Notes: a model not told the origin generated them from the letters alone. Positions 23,441 to 37,246 are shown, numbered from the stretch's first letter. The stretch: 64,000 bases of DNA from Mytilus trossulus (GCF_036588685.1 NC_086373.1:88164001-88228000), one strand, 5' to 3'. Program-made: numbers and translations.

Positions 23441-26064
23441 ACAAAGTCTCCCGTTTTCCCCCTCTTCCACGTTGAGAAAGTACCGAAGTACTAGTAGTAT
23501 TTTTAATATTCCCTTTTGCATGACAGTTCATTTTGGGGTCCTCTTCTCGGTCCGCATGTAACTATGTCTAGTTTTTTTCGAAAGAAATCAGACGCGGTTA
23601 TTTTGATTTCAACAACTAAAGCTATAAGTGATGGGTGTTAATTGAAAGACAAAGACCATATTAAATCTCTACGAAACAGGAGGAAGGGTCGGCGACCCGT
23701 GTCTTTCTTCTTGTTTCTAAAGCTCGTACAATTACATTTGATTTTTTCCGACATGTCCTTTGACATGTGGTATACATATGTGAGGTTCACTTTTATTTCA
23801 ATACATCGTTACGGATGAAGACTTTTATTTCAGTTCTCATACATTCACACAGTTTTTTTTTTAAATTTTTCTTACATGAATATTTTAATTCTAATTAAAT
23901 ATAAATTCCTAATCTTCATTAATTCACATGCATGAAATAAAAAAATAAACAAACATAAAAGTACAAGATATAAAAAAAACCCAACAAACACTCATATTTG
24001 TTATTGGTTAACACGAGGCGTTTTTTGGTTAAAGGGAAGAGGAAATGCGTACATATAAAAAATATTTCATAAACGTTTTGATATAGTAGAAATAGACATA
24101 TGAAACTTTATTATGATATCAGTTCTTAGCAACAATAATCACAAACATGAGTTAAAAATTAACATAACCTTCAACCTATTTTCTTTTTGATTGCTGAATA
24201 TTTTTTTCAATTTCATGGTCGACACTTTCATTTTTCTATTTGCTTTTGTGAGAAACCGAAAAGTAAAAAAAAAACGAAAACAAACGGACGCACATAAAGA
24301 CGGACCCAGTCGTCAGTACGTTGGGATTCATACCTATAGGTTTTGTATGTTAGCTGAGGTAGCAATCGGAAGGGTTTGCTATACATGTACTTGTGGTCGT
24401 ATTAACACACAAAAAAAGTCATGTTTTTTTCCTTTGCGTTGCCGATTTCTGCTCGACTCAGTTTGGAATGTGATATCGTCTTCTCTGCCTAGTTAAAAAA
24501 ACCAACAACATTAAAATAAGAATAACGAAAAAAAATGAAAAAATAAACCATGTGGATCGGTCTCGTTGGGTAATTAGGTATATTATCAATCTGAATCTCT
24601 TGTAACTTCTTTATTATTTGCAAAAGACGTTGACATATAAAAATAAAGAGATATACCATGATTGTTTGTCAGTGATTAAATAAAGTTTGCGAGCACTTAA
24701 CCGTTGTCTGGAACATTAATGTTAATATGTGTTTTAATCCATACTAGATATATCCGGCATTGACAGTTATACGAGGAAACCCGTTTTTGAAGGTGACCGT
24801 TTACCAACTTCTAGACACAACGAATTAATGAGTATAAATCACCGTTATGAAGCTGTCTTGAACTGGTCAACACTCATATAAAGCGTAGTTTTTTTATTTT
24901 AAATTTGCTTAACATTTGTTAATTCCACATGTTAGTAATCAGTTTACAATGCACATTTTGAAAATATAAACAAAATAATTCAACTCATATGTTACGATTT
25001 TCGTGGTGTCGTTTAGTGCATGAATACATATATTGCATCACTGTATAGCCAGGTGCATGGGAACAAATCAATTGGTTGACTGGTTTTCTTTGTGAACATG
25101 TTTGCATATTCCAATCTAGCATGTCTCTATGTTTGCACTTTCTGTGCTTAAGTTATGTAAGAGTGAAGTTAAAGAAACAAGCCTTATTTTTATGTTTGTG
25201 TATCATATATCTGTTTGTTGTTGTTGCTTATAATTTATCTCATGTTCAAGCTATTATCCCAAAAACGTATATAAGTAGAGAGATATACCATTGATGTGTG
25301 ATGCGCTATCAATTTTGTTGATATACATAATACGTTTAGCATAACTTTTAAAATTTAAAAACATATATTCATATATACTTTAATTCAAAAAAATTTAATC
25401 TCCAATTTGTAATTCGTCAACCTTGATTAAAACCAAAATTTGAATTATATATCATTAAAATCTTTTGAACTATAACGAGATATTAATGAAATGAAATACA
25501 AATTGTATAGCAACAACATAACATACTATAAACAAGTTAAAATAGAAGTTAAAGAATGCATTACATTTCTATTGAGATCAGGTTTGATATATCTGCCAGA
25601 AATAAAGCCCATGTACCGAAAAATCTTTCCCACATAGATTACTTAAATATAGTTAAAATCGATAGCATCCAAAGACCAAAGTTAACTCATTAAATTTTGG
25701 ATAAACAGAATTTCACTAATAATACTTGTCTTAATAACTCTGTATTTTCATTGACGAAATACATTTATTTTGATTATTATCAGAAGAAATATCAGTATAA
25801 AAGAATGATGTATAAAATATTAATATAAATGGGGAAACACAAAAGCAATGAATCTGATGATTTAAAATTGAAATCAAAACACTCTATGAATTTCGTAGGT
25901 CCAATTCGTCATCTGAAGTTATTTATTAATTTATTATTAATAAATGTCATGTCCATCTTCCCCATCAATATAGGATTGCACAAGTAGTTGAAACAATGTA
26001 CAATGTACAATGATGTATTTACCAACTTCCAAAAAGAAATCACATCTTCATGGAAGCTATGGAT

Positions 26065-27027
26065 ATCTACGACATAACTTGATGACGTCATTGTCAAATA
26101 TACTATATATTCTTGTTAATTATTAGCACAATTTATAATAATATGCTACCAAATAATATCATCATTTTGATTGTCACAGATGATTTTTAAGACGTCCATT
26201 AAACACTGTTTTTTTTTATCCACATATCATTATACGAATATATTATTTATAGTGTCATGTTATCTCACTATGTAAAAATGTGACTTTGACTAGGGGTTTT
26301 CCTTTTTCCTTTAAAACACTTAAAAACACTCTATGAATTTCGTGCCTTCAATTCGTCATCTGAAGTTCCGTTGTAGGTCTATAGGTTATATTCTTATCAA
26401 GATAATAAATGAATTGTCAATTTTGAATTTATAAATTATTCTCATCTATGCAGCAATACACTAGTTTCACCCGCGTTAATAGAATATATTTCTTAACTCA
26501 AGTGTCAAGTCTACTACAAAAATACTACAAGATGGTTTTGAGTTAAAGATTTTAGGTGATGAAGTTGTATATATTTTTATTATTTTTTAGTTTATTCGTT
26601 ATTTATCTCCGTTATATTATGTTTGTTTTGGTTGTATGACTTTTTTTCCATGACTCAGTTTTTAAGCATCCCGCCATCGGATTTTTAGACATTATTGAGG
26701 TGCAATTCGGATAGAAAGTTTTTTTACAGTGTTGTTTCTAGTTTTTTACTCCTTTATTTATATTAAATTTTACTGCATCGAAAACTTGTATATATAATTT
26801 ATACGACATCTATGACATAACTTGATGACGTCGTTGTCAAATATACTATATATTCTTGTAAATTATTAGCACAATTTATGATATTATGCTACCAAATAAT
26901 ATCATCATTTTGATTGTCACAGAGGATTTTCAAAACTTCTGGTAAACACTGTGTTTTTATCCACATATCATTATACGCATATATTATTTATCGTGTTCTG
27001 TTATCTCACTATTTGAAAATGTGACTT
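26065..27027. repeat. Local direct duplication, about 220 bp (26065-26288 vs 26807-27027); a second short duplicate at 25875-25920 vs 26324-26368
   Basis: atctacgacataacttgatgacgtc...aaaatgtgactt occurs twice with scattered substitutions. Confidence 0.85.
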
Positions 27028-27683
27028 AGTATTTTTGTGATTTTACCTTTTTCCACTAGTTTACTCCAAAATAATTGATTGCGATCACATTTGATGTATA
27101 TATATTTAATCAACGCTATCTGCGCCGCTGTACCATACAAAACATTTGACTAGAACCCTAGCATCAATTATAAACAATGATACACGTTAACCAGTTGATA
27201 AATGCTTGAGTAAACCCATGAGTAAATGCTATAAGAAAACCAGTAGGTAAATGCTATAAGAAAACCATGTTTAATCCATAATTCTCTAATTAGAAAATAC
27301 TTGTACCAATTCAGGAATTAATAGTTGTTATCCATTCGTTTGATGTGTTTGAGCTTTGGATTGTGCCAGTTGATAAGGGAGTTTTCTTCTTGAATTTTTT
27401 TCTGGAGTTCAGAATTTTTGTGATTTTACCTTTTGTCATAGAAGTCAATCATTTCGAAATATTAAGCATTTGCCTATATGACAAAAATAATCAGCGAGGT
27501 ATGAATCCCTTCTGATCTTCACTCGCTATTCCCGGAAATGCTTCAAAATATCTTTTGGTTTATAAAAGTAAATTATTGATATTTGCTTTCTTGGTCCTTA
27601 CTTGTGCTTAGTCATATTGTATATATCAATGGAATGCTATTCTTATCTATAAAAGACTGATGTATTTTGTTCTAAACCTGTAC

Positions 27684-27997
27684 TAAATAAACTCATTATA
27701 GATATCAGGATTATATTTTGTTTTATGCCAGACTCGCATTCCGTCTACAAAAGACTCATTAGTCGAATTAAAAAAAGTTAAAAAGGTAAAAAAAGTACTA
27801 AGTTGAAGAGCATTGAGGACCAAAGTTCCGAAATGTTTTGCCAAATACAGCTAAGGTAATCTATTCCTGAGGTAGAAAAGCCTTAGTATTTCAAAAATTC
27901 AAAAGTTTTGTAAACAATTAATTTATAAATATGACCATATCAATGATAATTCATGTTAGCACAGAAGTGCTGACTACTGGGCTGGTGATTCCCTCGG
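27684..27997 (-). mobile_element. Retrozyme-like repeat copy (taaataaactcat subfamily), degenerate hammerhead; other copies at about 31195-31282 (+), 56137-56325, 57895-58040, 58263-58445 and 59990-60176 (+)
   Basis: Colinear similarity to the 45762-46136 unit, including the agactcatcagtgacgctc and gaagagcattgagga blocks. Confidence 0.7.
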
Positions 27998-28189
27998 TCT
28001 AAACCTGTTCTGACAATCAATTAAACTTGAACTTGTTTTTCAGCAACAACGAAATTCATATATTTTTTTAAGAAAGACTTTTAATCAAACAAGATAGTAA
28101 GATAACAAAAAAAAACAAAAAAAAAACATCACAAGTAAAATTATCATGTCGCTTGCATCATTATGCAAATGTTGTCATAGATGTTTTCG

Positions 28190-29409
28190 TTATGACTTAT
28201 TATAAACAGTTATTCTACTGAACCACAGACCACACACTTCAAAGAATGGAGCACAACAACAGTTGATGGTAATTCCACAATATTTCTGTAGGTTCCCCAT
28301 TATTATACTGTATTGACGCAGGAAGGGTGTAGTACACCAGATACAGTTAAAAGCAAGACAGCCAAACTCAAATCCCCAATAAAACGCAATACAACAACCA
28401 CAAAGCGCTGAAGCAAATTTATAACTGCAATTTTTGGCACATTCAAAACACTTGAAACTGCAATCCCACACGATATCAAAGCTGTGGACACCATCAGGTT
28501 CGGCCAAGATATCTTCGAACGCAACCTGCAAGAAATTCAAATAAATTTATTTTACAAAACAAATGATTAACTTAAATTCAAAATATGTATAGGATTTTAA
28601 CAATGGTTTTTGTGTTGTATAATTCATTTAAATTGATACAAAATTTGCATTAGAACCGAGGTGTTTTATGTTCCTATTAGCCATAACCAGTTTTATTTAG
28701 AATTAACTGACGCATTTACTTGAAACATCTATTTAAATGGTGTGTTTTAATTGAGAATAATAATTCAGTTTATGTAAATAATGTGTATTCATAATGGACA
28801 GTAAAAAGACTTACTTAAAACGAGATTCTTTGCAATTGCAAAATGATTTAAAACGTTTTCTCATATTTAAAAAAAAGAGTTAACATAATTTCTTTTTTTA
28901 TTTTTTTAAATCAATGAAAAAGTAAAATCCCCAAAATACTGAAGTCCGAGGAAAATTCAAAACGGAAAAGAACTTATCGAATGACAAAATCAAAAGCTCA
29001 AATGCATCAAACGAATGGATAATTACTGTCATATTGCTGACTTGGTACAGGTATTTTCTATTTAGAAAATGGTGGAATGAACCTGGTCATATTGAAATAT
29101 ATAGTCGTAGATATTTCCATATAATTGTTTCGATAATTTAGCATAAAAGGTTAACGATTTACATTTCCACGAACCTCAAACGTATCGAAATCCTCTTCAT
29201 TAAAATGAACTTCAAAATATGTCGTAAATGTAAATGAAATCAATGATTTAATAAACTCTAGAGCAACAAATTAAAAAAAATACAATAATTTCATCAATCC
29301 ATGTTAACGTATTTTCCACATCCAAATTAGTGTTGCCACTTACCCTAACGTGGTCATTAATGTCATGAGGATCCCTGTGTTCTAGATCTACCAATTGTCT
29401 TGACGCCAT
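28190..29409 (-). CDS. Caveolin family protein B (exons 29409-29344, 28525-28190; 133 aa)
   Basis: MASRQLVDLEHRDPHDINDHVR|VAFEDILAEPDGVHSFDIVW...; near-canonical FEDVIAEP signature; phase-0 GT-AG intron. Confidence 0.93.
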
Positions 29410-29767
29410 TGTCACAAATTCAAAATAACAGAAAGTTCCTTGTAAACTGTTTTATATAGACTGAAAATTCTCTGGCCTCTGATTGAAAGATTTTCAACAG
29501 TTAATCAAGATGAATTTTTAATACACTATATATATATATATATATCAATGGCTTTTTAAATTTCGATGGTACGATGAAAATCGTGTCAACTCTTTCATGG
29601 TTCAGAAGTATAGTATAGATAATTAGAGATGGGAAATCATACCACATCTTACGTCACCAAACAATTATATTCTATTTCAAAATTTAAATAAGTTTTCTTT
29701 TCTTCAAATTTCATTGATTGCATTACATGGAAGTAAATTCTACATGAATTAAACTGAAACATAATAA

Positions 29768-29868
29768 GTCCGTGTATATTTGCGTCCATTCGATAAAATG
29801 TAAATACTTTCGTTTTTGATTTTTTGTTTTTAATGTCTCAAAACGAATGGACGCAAATATAAACGGAC
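29768..29868. repeat. 101-bp inverted-repeat element (25-bp arms), probable miniature MITE
   Basis: gtccgtgtatatttgcgtccattcg ... cgaatggacgcaaatataaacggac, 1 mismatch. Confidence 0.75.
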
Positions 29869-31538
29869 CAAACTTGAAAACCTATAAAAAATTTATATAA
29901 CAATACTTATATATAAATCGTAATTTATCAACATCAAGAAACCTGCATGGCCTAATCAGGTAACACCTGCTTAGCAACATTTTTTGCCCAAGTGAAGTAG
30001 CTTATTTGTTTATATACCTTCAGTTAGCCTAATATAAATATCAGGTTTAACTACTAGTATTAGAACAGGACATCTCACCTGTCCGGAGCACCTGCGTTTA
30101 ACTCCAACAAGAGTTTATCTTGCTTGAGATGTATAGGAAGTGTCAATTGACTGTTGTATGGAAATTTTCATCAAACTTTAAATACGGGATGAAAAATGTA
30201 TCGTATGCCCTTGAGACGCTTTTTACTTCATTATTGTCGTGGGTATTGCCCTCTCAGTCACGTATACCATATGCATTTTCTTAAAAGTTCTTATATATAG
30301 AATACAATACAAGTAAGCAAAGAAATATCAAGCCATAAGAACATTGAATTCACAGTTTCAGCTTCGTGTCTTGTTGAAGTTTCTTATGGAGTATTGCGTC
30401 GCTGCTACTGTTGTTGATGGATTCCTTACACAAAGTCAGCAATATCATGCTGACATGAATTTTTATCGATACGGTTATAATTATAAATTTTTAATTGTTT
30501 ACAAAACTTTGAAGTTTTCCAAATCTAAGGATTTTCTACCTTAGGAATAGATTACCTTAGCTGTATTTGGTAACAGCTTTCGGAATTTTTCGCAATGCTC
30601 TTCAACAGTCAACACCGTATTTTGTGGCGTTTCAACTGTTTTAATTCGCGCGTGATTTTTTTTTAATACGACATTTTTTTAGTCCTAGTATATTTGATGA
30701 GTTTATTTACCAATGTGTTGATGCCTCTGGCGCTGTTGGTCTAATTCCCTAAGGTATCACCAAAACACTAGTTGTGACAATTTAACGATATCTTATTGTA
30801 GTTTTTTTTTTATAGCAACCTATTTGATCATAGAACAAAATGTCAAAATATAAAGTTTTAATCCTGGTGTCTATGATGAGTTTATTTATCAGTAGTAATA
30901 TGTATATAAATAACCAAATTTTAAAATCTCTTTTCACGTTTATCATATAATCACCATTTGACCAACTTTCATCGTATTTCATTAATAGTATATATTGCAT
31001 TTGTACAAAGAGCATCAACAATAGAGATATTTGGCAAATCTCTACTGGATATTTTTTTCTGTGCGATGATCACCACTATCACTGTCACTATCATTATCAC
31101 TATCTCATTTAATGATAAACTGAATTAACATCAATTCTTTCTAAAATAACAAGTCAACAAATAAATATACAATCAGTAAAATATATGCTCTTTCGTTTCG
31201 AGCGTCTCTGGTGAGTCTTTTGTAGACGAAGCGCGTCTGGTGTATATACAAAATATAGTCCTGGTATCTTTGATGAGTTTATACATATATTTTACTTTTT
31301 TATATGAGGGTGAGAAACTGGGGCGAAGTTATACCGCGCTCTTCCCCAGTTTTGTGCCGAAACAAAACAGTGTGTATATTTATAACAATGACCTAATAGT
31401 GGTTTTATACTGCAACTTAAATTAAAGCATTTATAGCTATTTAAATTGAAGCACAAACTTAATCCCGTAATGAACCACTGATTGTGGAAAACGTGTTCCA
31501 TAATGACATAGTCATTGTACAGAATAAAGCTGTGTTAC

Positions 31539-32131
31539 TATTTCCCACTAATATCAGTCGTAAATGAATATAACACAATTCACACCTCAAGTTTATTCCA
31601 AAATATTCCAAGTTACAGTGAAGTGACTGGATCCAAAGTATAAACAGTAAGATGAGATTGACTACAAAGAAAATGCAATCATCATAAGATTTTGTACCAA
31701 AAACAATGTTCAAAACATTCACAAAAATATAAACATAGGTGTGAAAATATAGTAAACAGTCATTGTAACATCTAGGATTTACACAAGCAATGAATAAAGT
31801 TCGTATTTTCGAAAATAAACAATTATCAGATTGGCGATATTTATCATTGTCTCAAGTTCACATTAACGGCATTGAAATAGCTAAATTTACTTTCATATTA
31901 TCACAAAATGCATAGAATAAATGTAAAAATCAACATACCTTATTTGTTGACTCTGATATTTCTATATAATTCAAAATTAAAGGGTTCAAAATTGTCGTGA
32001 CACGTTTCTCAATTTTCAGGGAAAAATATGATGGGGAAAGTAACCAATGTACCTAGATTAGTTTCATCAAAAATCAATAAATTTGCAAAACGAAATTTGT
32101 TACAATTCAAAACAAGAAATTGGCCTTTACA
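31539..32131 (-). repeat. 3' LTR of the BEL/Pao element
   Basis: Direct repeat of 38311-38903, preceded on the minus strand by the purine-rich AGGGGCTGGTA (PPT-like). Confidence 0.95.
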
Positions 32132-32255
32132 TACCAGCCCCTAAATTGGGTTCTTAACTAGAACGCAATTATCAAAAATAAATCAAAAGGACAATTATAT
32201 CATAATGTTCAATAAATGTCTATCATTCCACGAGTTTGGTGGCAGCTGTGGGTTT

Positions 32256-35200
32256 TTAGTCACTTTCTACAAGAAGACACAGTTTCGCAATTGGTCTCGT
32301 TAACACAGAATTTGCGGTTTTCACTTTGACAATTCTAACAACATTGTCCTTGTCTTTGATTAGTTCAATCACACGAGCCATGTTCCACGAATTTCTCGGT
32401 GCATTGTCGGAAATGGGAACTATGTCTCCTACTTGCATATTTCTTGTCGGTTTTGTCCATTTTGTTCTGCGCTGCAATAGAGGTAAGTATTCCTTTCGCC
32501 ATCTAGTCCAAAATAAATCAGCGAGATACTGGATTTGTCTCCATCGCCTTCTGACATAGCTGTCTGTCTTAGAGAACACACCAGGTGGAAAGCTTTCACC
32601 CGCAGGTTGAAGTATCAAGTGATTCGGAGTCAATACATTTAAGTCTGTGATACTATCTGACGCTTCTGTGATCGGACGTCCATTAAGAATACTTTCTACT
32701 TCACAGAATAGAGTCATAAGTCCTTCATCAGTTAGTCGAATGTTCTGTTCGTGCATGACTGAATAGAATACCTTACGCACTGATCTAATAAGGCGTTCCC
32801 ATACTCCTCCAAAGTGTGATGCAGACGGCGGATTAAATTCCCACTGAATGCGTTTCTGAATCATGAATTCCTGTATTTGATTTAAGTTCCATCTTTTTAT
32901 TTCTTCTCCTAGTTCCCTTTCTGAACCAACAAAGTTTGTTCCATTGTCTGTCCTTATAAAGACTGGCACTCCTCTTCTCGAAATAAATCTCCTTATAGCA
33001 TTTATGCAAGAGTCAGTGTCTAATGAATATGCCAATTCGAGGTGTATTGCCCTAATAGTCAGGCATGTGAAAATCACACCATATCTTTTAACTACACTCC
33101 TTCCTTGCTTTACCTCAAAGGGTCCAAAGAAATCTATTCCAATTCTTGTGAAAGGCGGATCATCAGCCTGAAGTCTTTCTTTCGGAAGATTTGCCATTTT
33201 CTGTTTTGAGCATGTTCCTTGATATTTCTTACATCTGACGCATCTAGACACTAAGCCTTTAATAATAGAATTGGCTCCTAAAATCCAATATTTTTGTCTA
33301 AGAACGGCTAAGATTGAATTCTTTCCTAAATGTCCATTTGAACGATGAATGTTCTCAATAATAAGTCTTGATATCGGTGAGTCCTTAGGCAAGACGATAG
33401 GGTGTTTTGATTCGTACGAAATATCCGATCGCTCCAATCGTCCTCCAACTCTAAGCAATCCATCTTTGTCGACAAATGGATCCAGATTGCTCAGTTTAGA
33501 AGAAATTTTGAGAGGACATTTCTTTTCAAGTGTCTGTATATCATCATTAAAGTGTTTATGTTGCACAAAACTAATCAAGGACCTCTCTGCACACTCAACT
33601 ATACTTGTCGTAAGCGTATCAGACATCTTCATACTCGTTTTTCCGTTTCCATCGATTTCAATACTGTCTTTAACACTTCTAAAGTGATTGGCTGCAAGTA
33701 CGAACCGTGCTGCTATGGTGACTAAGCGTTCCCAATTCGAAAAGTAAGAAATAAGACGTTCCATTCCTTCAAATGATTCTACAGTGCAAACAGCCACTGG
33801 TTTCTTAACTTCTGGATCATTGCCGATAAAACTAGTGTCCTCGGTACACTGTGGGAATTTAATGTCTTTATTCCATAAGAAATCTGGCCCACGAAGCCAT
33901 TGTGGATTTCTGTTAAATTGTTCAATAGTCGCTCCTCTCGAAGCTAAATCAGCCGGGTTTTCTTTTGTGCCTACGTAGTGCCATTGCTTTACTTTAGTTG
34001 CTTCGTGAATAACAGCCAAACGATTGGCTACAAAAGTGTGAAAACGTGTCTTTGAGTTTGCTATATATCGAAATACTGACATACTGTCTGAATAGTAATA
34101 AATGTCATCAAATGAGTATTCTATCTCTCTTATAATCATGTTTCCAAGCCTAACGGCACTAGTAGCAGCTGTCAGTTCCATCCTCGGAATAGTCATCGAT
34201 TTAAGCGGTGCTACTCTCGATTTTCCTAACAAAAAGGAACACTGTATACTACCGTCTTCATCGACTAACCGTATGTAAAATACACAACCATAACCTTTGT
34301 CACTTGCGTCTGCAAAACAATGTAGTTGGCATGAAACAATAGACTTGAAGTGTTGAGGCTTGTAGCATCTATCTATTTTAATGTTTTCCAATCCCTTAAG
34401 CTGACTGAGCCATTTGTTCCATGACGAAAGTTCGCTGTTGGGAATTTCTTCATCCCATCCAATTTCTTTCTTACACAATCCTTGTAGTATAGATTTGGCT
34501 GTCAATACAAACGGAGAAACGATACCAATAGGGTCATAGATTGAGCTGACTATGCTGAGAATTCCGCGTCTTGTTGACGGTTTTTCTTTAATGTTTATGT
34601 GAAATCCAAGTTTGTCATCTTTTATATACCAATACACTCCAAGTGCACGGTCGGTGAGACTATCATCTCCACAATTCCATTCCTCTATATTTCTTGCGCA
34701 ATCCTTTTCAGGTATGGATTGCACAACATTTTGACTGTTACTTACCCATTTAGTCATATTGAATCCGCCTTCTTTGCACAATTCAGTTACATTCTTAATA
34801 AGCGATATAGCACTTTCTTCTGTATCGGTAGAACTCAAACAATCATCTACATACATGTTCTTTGTCAGTGTATCAATCACTAAAGAATCAAATCTATCCT
34901 TGTTTTCTTTTGCCGTATTTTGTAGAGCGTAATTACTACAACTCGGTGAAGAAGTAGCCCCAAACAAATGTACTGTCATCCTGTATTCTTTAGGTTCAGT
35001 ATCAACATTTCCGTTTTCCCACCAGTAGAAACGTAAAAAGTCTCTGTCCTCAACTGGAACCTTCACCTGGTAAAACATTGATTCGATGTCACCTAAGACT
35101 GCTATTTTATCCTGTCGGAATCTGATAAGTACGTCTAAAAGATTGTTAGCAAGGTTTGGACCCTGTAATAGCTGACTATTCAAAGAAATGCCCATGTATT

Positions 35201-37181
35201 TTACAGAACAATCGAAAACAACTCGTATTTTGTCCTGTTTTTTCGCATGGTAAACTCCATGGTGCGGTAGGTACCAAACTTTGCCATCATTTCTATCTAC
35301 ATCTTCAGTAGGTACAGGTTCTGCATAGCCTTTCTCAATTATCTTTGACATGCAATCACAGTATTGTTGTTTGAAGTTATCGTTCTTGGCAAACTTGTGT
35401 CGGAGTCCGTTTAGCCTTTTTATGCCTTGTACTGAATTATTCGGAAAAACAACATCCTGGTCTCGAAATGGAAGTGCTATGCAGTAGTGCTGATTTTCTA
35501 AATGTATAGAGCTCTCAACTTGCTGCATGAATGTTTTATCATCAATAGAATTCTTTCTTTTGTCTTCGTTCATTCGTTCTGGAAAGTCTAAGTTAATGCT
35601 CTGCATTAATAAGTTCAACTGTGTTTCATCACATCCTTCATTTTGCATATGAACTCTATTCACTTCAAAGCTTGAACTGTCTCTTATAACATTCCATAAT
35701 ATCCACCCAAGTCTAGTTTTTGTGGCATGTGGGGAGCCGCTCGGTCCCGTGCATACGTTAAACGGTGTATAAGCATCAGGTACGTTGTTACCTATCATAA
35801 TTCCTATGTCCGCACCAATCTCTGGGATATCCACTGATTCCAAATGAGTCCATTTCTTGATTTCTCTTTGAGTAGGAATATGTTCCTTGTATACAGGCAG
35901 GTTTTCCTTAGTATATACTTTAGGCAAATCCACCATGTGTTCCATTGACAGACTAGACACTTGAAGGCCATTAATTGCACATGTATTAATAGTTTGTGTG
36001 TTTCCCATTGTACTTATATATATCTGAGTTTTCTTTCCATTAGCTCCAAGTTGACGCATTAACTTCTGGCTACAAAATGTTATGCTACTGCCTGAGTCGA
36101 AGAAAGCATAAGTCTCGACACTCTGGGATCTATTGTTCAATTTAACTCGCACAGGGATTATTGCCATAGCACAGTTCACATCACTACTAATGGAGCTAAC
36201 TACAACTGGCTGGGTGCCTTCATGATTTGTGGGTATTTGAGGATCATCCTTTTTAACAGATGGCTCTTGCTGTGACGATGATTGTTTGTTAATTTGATTG
36301 TCAATATGAAGTATAGTTGGATGAAGTCGCGCACATATTGAGCATTTGAGTCTCCTATTGCATTTATTACTCATATGGCCTTTCTTAAGACAACCAAAAC
36401 AATATCCCTTAGATTTCAAGTAAGCGATTCGGTCTTCACGTGGACGAGCTGTAAGTCGTTTACATTTGTCTAAAGCATGTGTACCTTCACAATAGGAACA
36501 GCGCATCTCAGTAGGTGCATTTTTTGCCACATCACATACATTTGAAACCTTTTGTCCATGTTGTCGCTGTTGATTCGTATTTCTAGAATTTGAATAATTC
36601 ATGGCAATGTTGCCATATGTCGGATCTGTAGCTTTTTTGGCTTCTGCTTTTACAAAGTTCACAAAGTCATTAAATTTAACTGTTCTATGTGAATCTTTTA
36701 CACGAAAAACAACATTTCTCCAGCGATCATGCATATGGAAGGGCAATTTTGACATTAGACGTTTGATATTTTCAGAATACTCTAAAACACTTCCGGCTTC
36801 CATACTCTCCGTGCCATACTGACATTCAACCAAAAACAATGCAAATTCGTCCAAAGATTGAATATCTCCTGATTTAATATTGGGCCAATCCAATGCCTTT
36901 TTAATAAAGGCTGAGGCCATCACATCTGTATCACCATATCGCTCTTCAAGATGACGCATTGATGCCTTATATGCTCTATCGCCTGGCAGGTGACTGTAAC
37001 TAGATACTACCTTATGTGCTTCTCCAAATGTCAGCTGCTCGAGGTAATTCATCTTCTCATCATCTTGTTCACAGTTCAAAACAACCTTTGATTCAAATTG
37101 TCTTAAAAACTTCCTATATTCCAATGGATTTCCGCTAAATTTCCTTATTTCCGGTGTCGGTTTTCTCAAATGCTGCACCAT
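32256..37181 (-). CDS. BEL/Pao Gag-Pol polyprotein (capsid-like region, three Cys/His knuckles, aspartic protease, RT, RNase H, integrase)
   Basis: 1641-aa ORF: FSGNPLEY; CSYC..H..C, CFGC...GH....C, CSIC...HPTILH; FFDSGS; WYLPHH, KIRVVFD, YVDD; LHCFADAS, TIPRMELTAA; GIDFFGP, RTDNGTNF, GGVWERLIRSV; RPIAKLCLL. Confidence 0.97.
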   Translation of the reverse strand: MVQHLRKPTPEIRKFSGNPLEYRKFLRQFESKVVLNCEQDDEKMNYLEQLTFGEAHKVVSSYSHLPGDRAYKASMRHLEERYGDTDVMASAFIKKALDWPNIKSGDIQSLDEFALFLVECQYGTESMEAGSVLEYSENIKRLMSKLPFHMHDRWRNVVFRVKDSHRTVKFNDFVNFVKAEAKKATDPTYGNIAMNYSNSRNTNQQRQHGQKVSNVCDVAKNAPTEMRCSYCEGTHALDKCKRLTARPREDRIAYLKSKGYCFGCLKKGHMSNKCNRRLKCSICARLHPTILHIDNQINKQSSSQQEPSVKKDDPQIPTNHEGTQPVVVSSISSDVNCAMAIIPVRVKLNNRSQSVETYAFFDSGSSITFCSQKLMRQLGANGKKTQIYISTMGNTQTINTCAINGLQVSSLSMEHMVDLPKVYTKENLPVYKEHIPTQREIKKWTHLESVDIPEIGADIGIMIGNNVPDAYTPFNVCTGPSGSPHATKTRLGWILWNVIRDSSSFEVNRVHMQNEGCDETQLNLLMQSINLDFPERMNEDKRKNSIDDKTFMQQVESSIHLENQHYCIALPFRDQDVVFPNNSVQGIKRLNGLRHKFAKNDNFKQQYCDCMSKIIEKGYAEPVPTEDVDRNDGKVWYLPHHGVYHAKKQDKIRVVFDCSVKYMGISLNSQLLQGPNLANNLLDVLIRFRQDKIAVLGDIESMFYQVKVPVEDRDFLRFYWWENGNVDTEPKEYRMTVHLFGATSSPSCSNYALQNTAKENKDRFDSLVIDTLTKNMYVDDCLSSTDTEESAISLIKNVTELCKEGGFNMTKWVSNSQNVVQSIPEKDCARNIEEWNCGDDSLTDRALGVYWYIKDDKLGFHINIKEKPSTRRGILSIVSSIYDPIGIVSPFVLTAKSILQGLCKKEIGWDEEIPNSELSSWNKWLSQLKGLENIKIDRCYKPQHFKSIVSCQLHCFADASDKGYGCVFYIRLVDEDGSIQCSFLLGKSRVAPLKSMTIPRMELTAATSAVRLGNMIIREIEYSFDDIYYYSDSMSVFRYIANSKTRFHTFVANRLAVIHEATKVKQWHYVGTKENPADLASRGATIEQFNRNPQWLRGPDFLWNKDIKFPQCTEDTSFIGNDPEVKKPVAVCTVESFEGMERLISYFSNWERLVTIAARFVLAANHFRSVKDSIEIDGNGKTSMKMSDTLTTSIVECAERSLISFVQHKHFNDDIQTLEKKCPLKISSKLSNLDPFVDKDGLLRVGGRLERSDISYESKHPIVLPKDSPISRLIIENIHRSNGHLGKNSILAVLRQKYWILGANSIIKGLVSRCVRCKKYQGTCSKQKMANLPKERLQADDPPFTRIGIDFFGPFEVKQGRSVVKRYGVIFTCLTIRAIHLELAYSLDTDSCINAIRRFISRRGVPVFIRTDNGTNFVGSERELGEEIKRWNLNQIQEFMIQKRIQWEFNPPSASHFGGVWERLIRSVRKVFYSVMHEQNIRLTDEGLMTLFCEVESILNGRPITEASDSITDLNVLTPNHLILQPAGESFPPGVFSKTDSYVRRRWRQIQYLADLFWTRWRKEYLPLLQRRTKWTKPTRNMQVGDIVPISDNAPRNSWNMARVIELIKDKDNVVRIVKVKTANSVLTRPIAKLCLLVESD

Positions 37182-37246
37182 ACTTTGAAAGGCTGTTTCT
37201 ACACTACTGTTAGTATTTATAGCTGAATTTTGAATTGGCGCAGATG

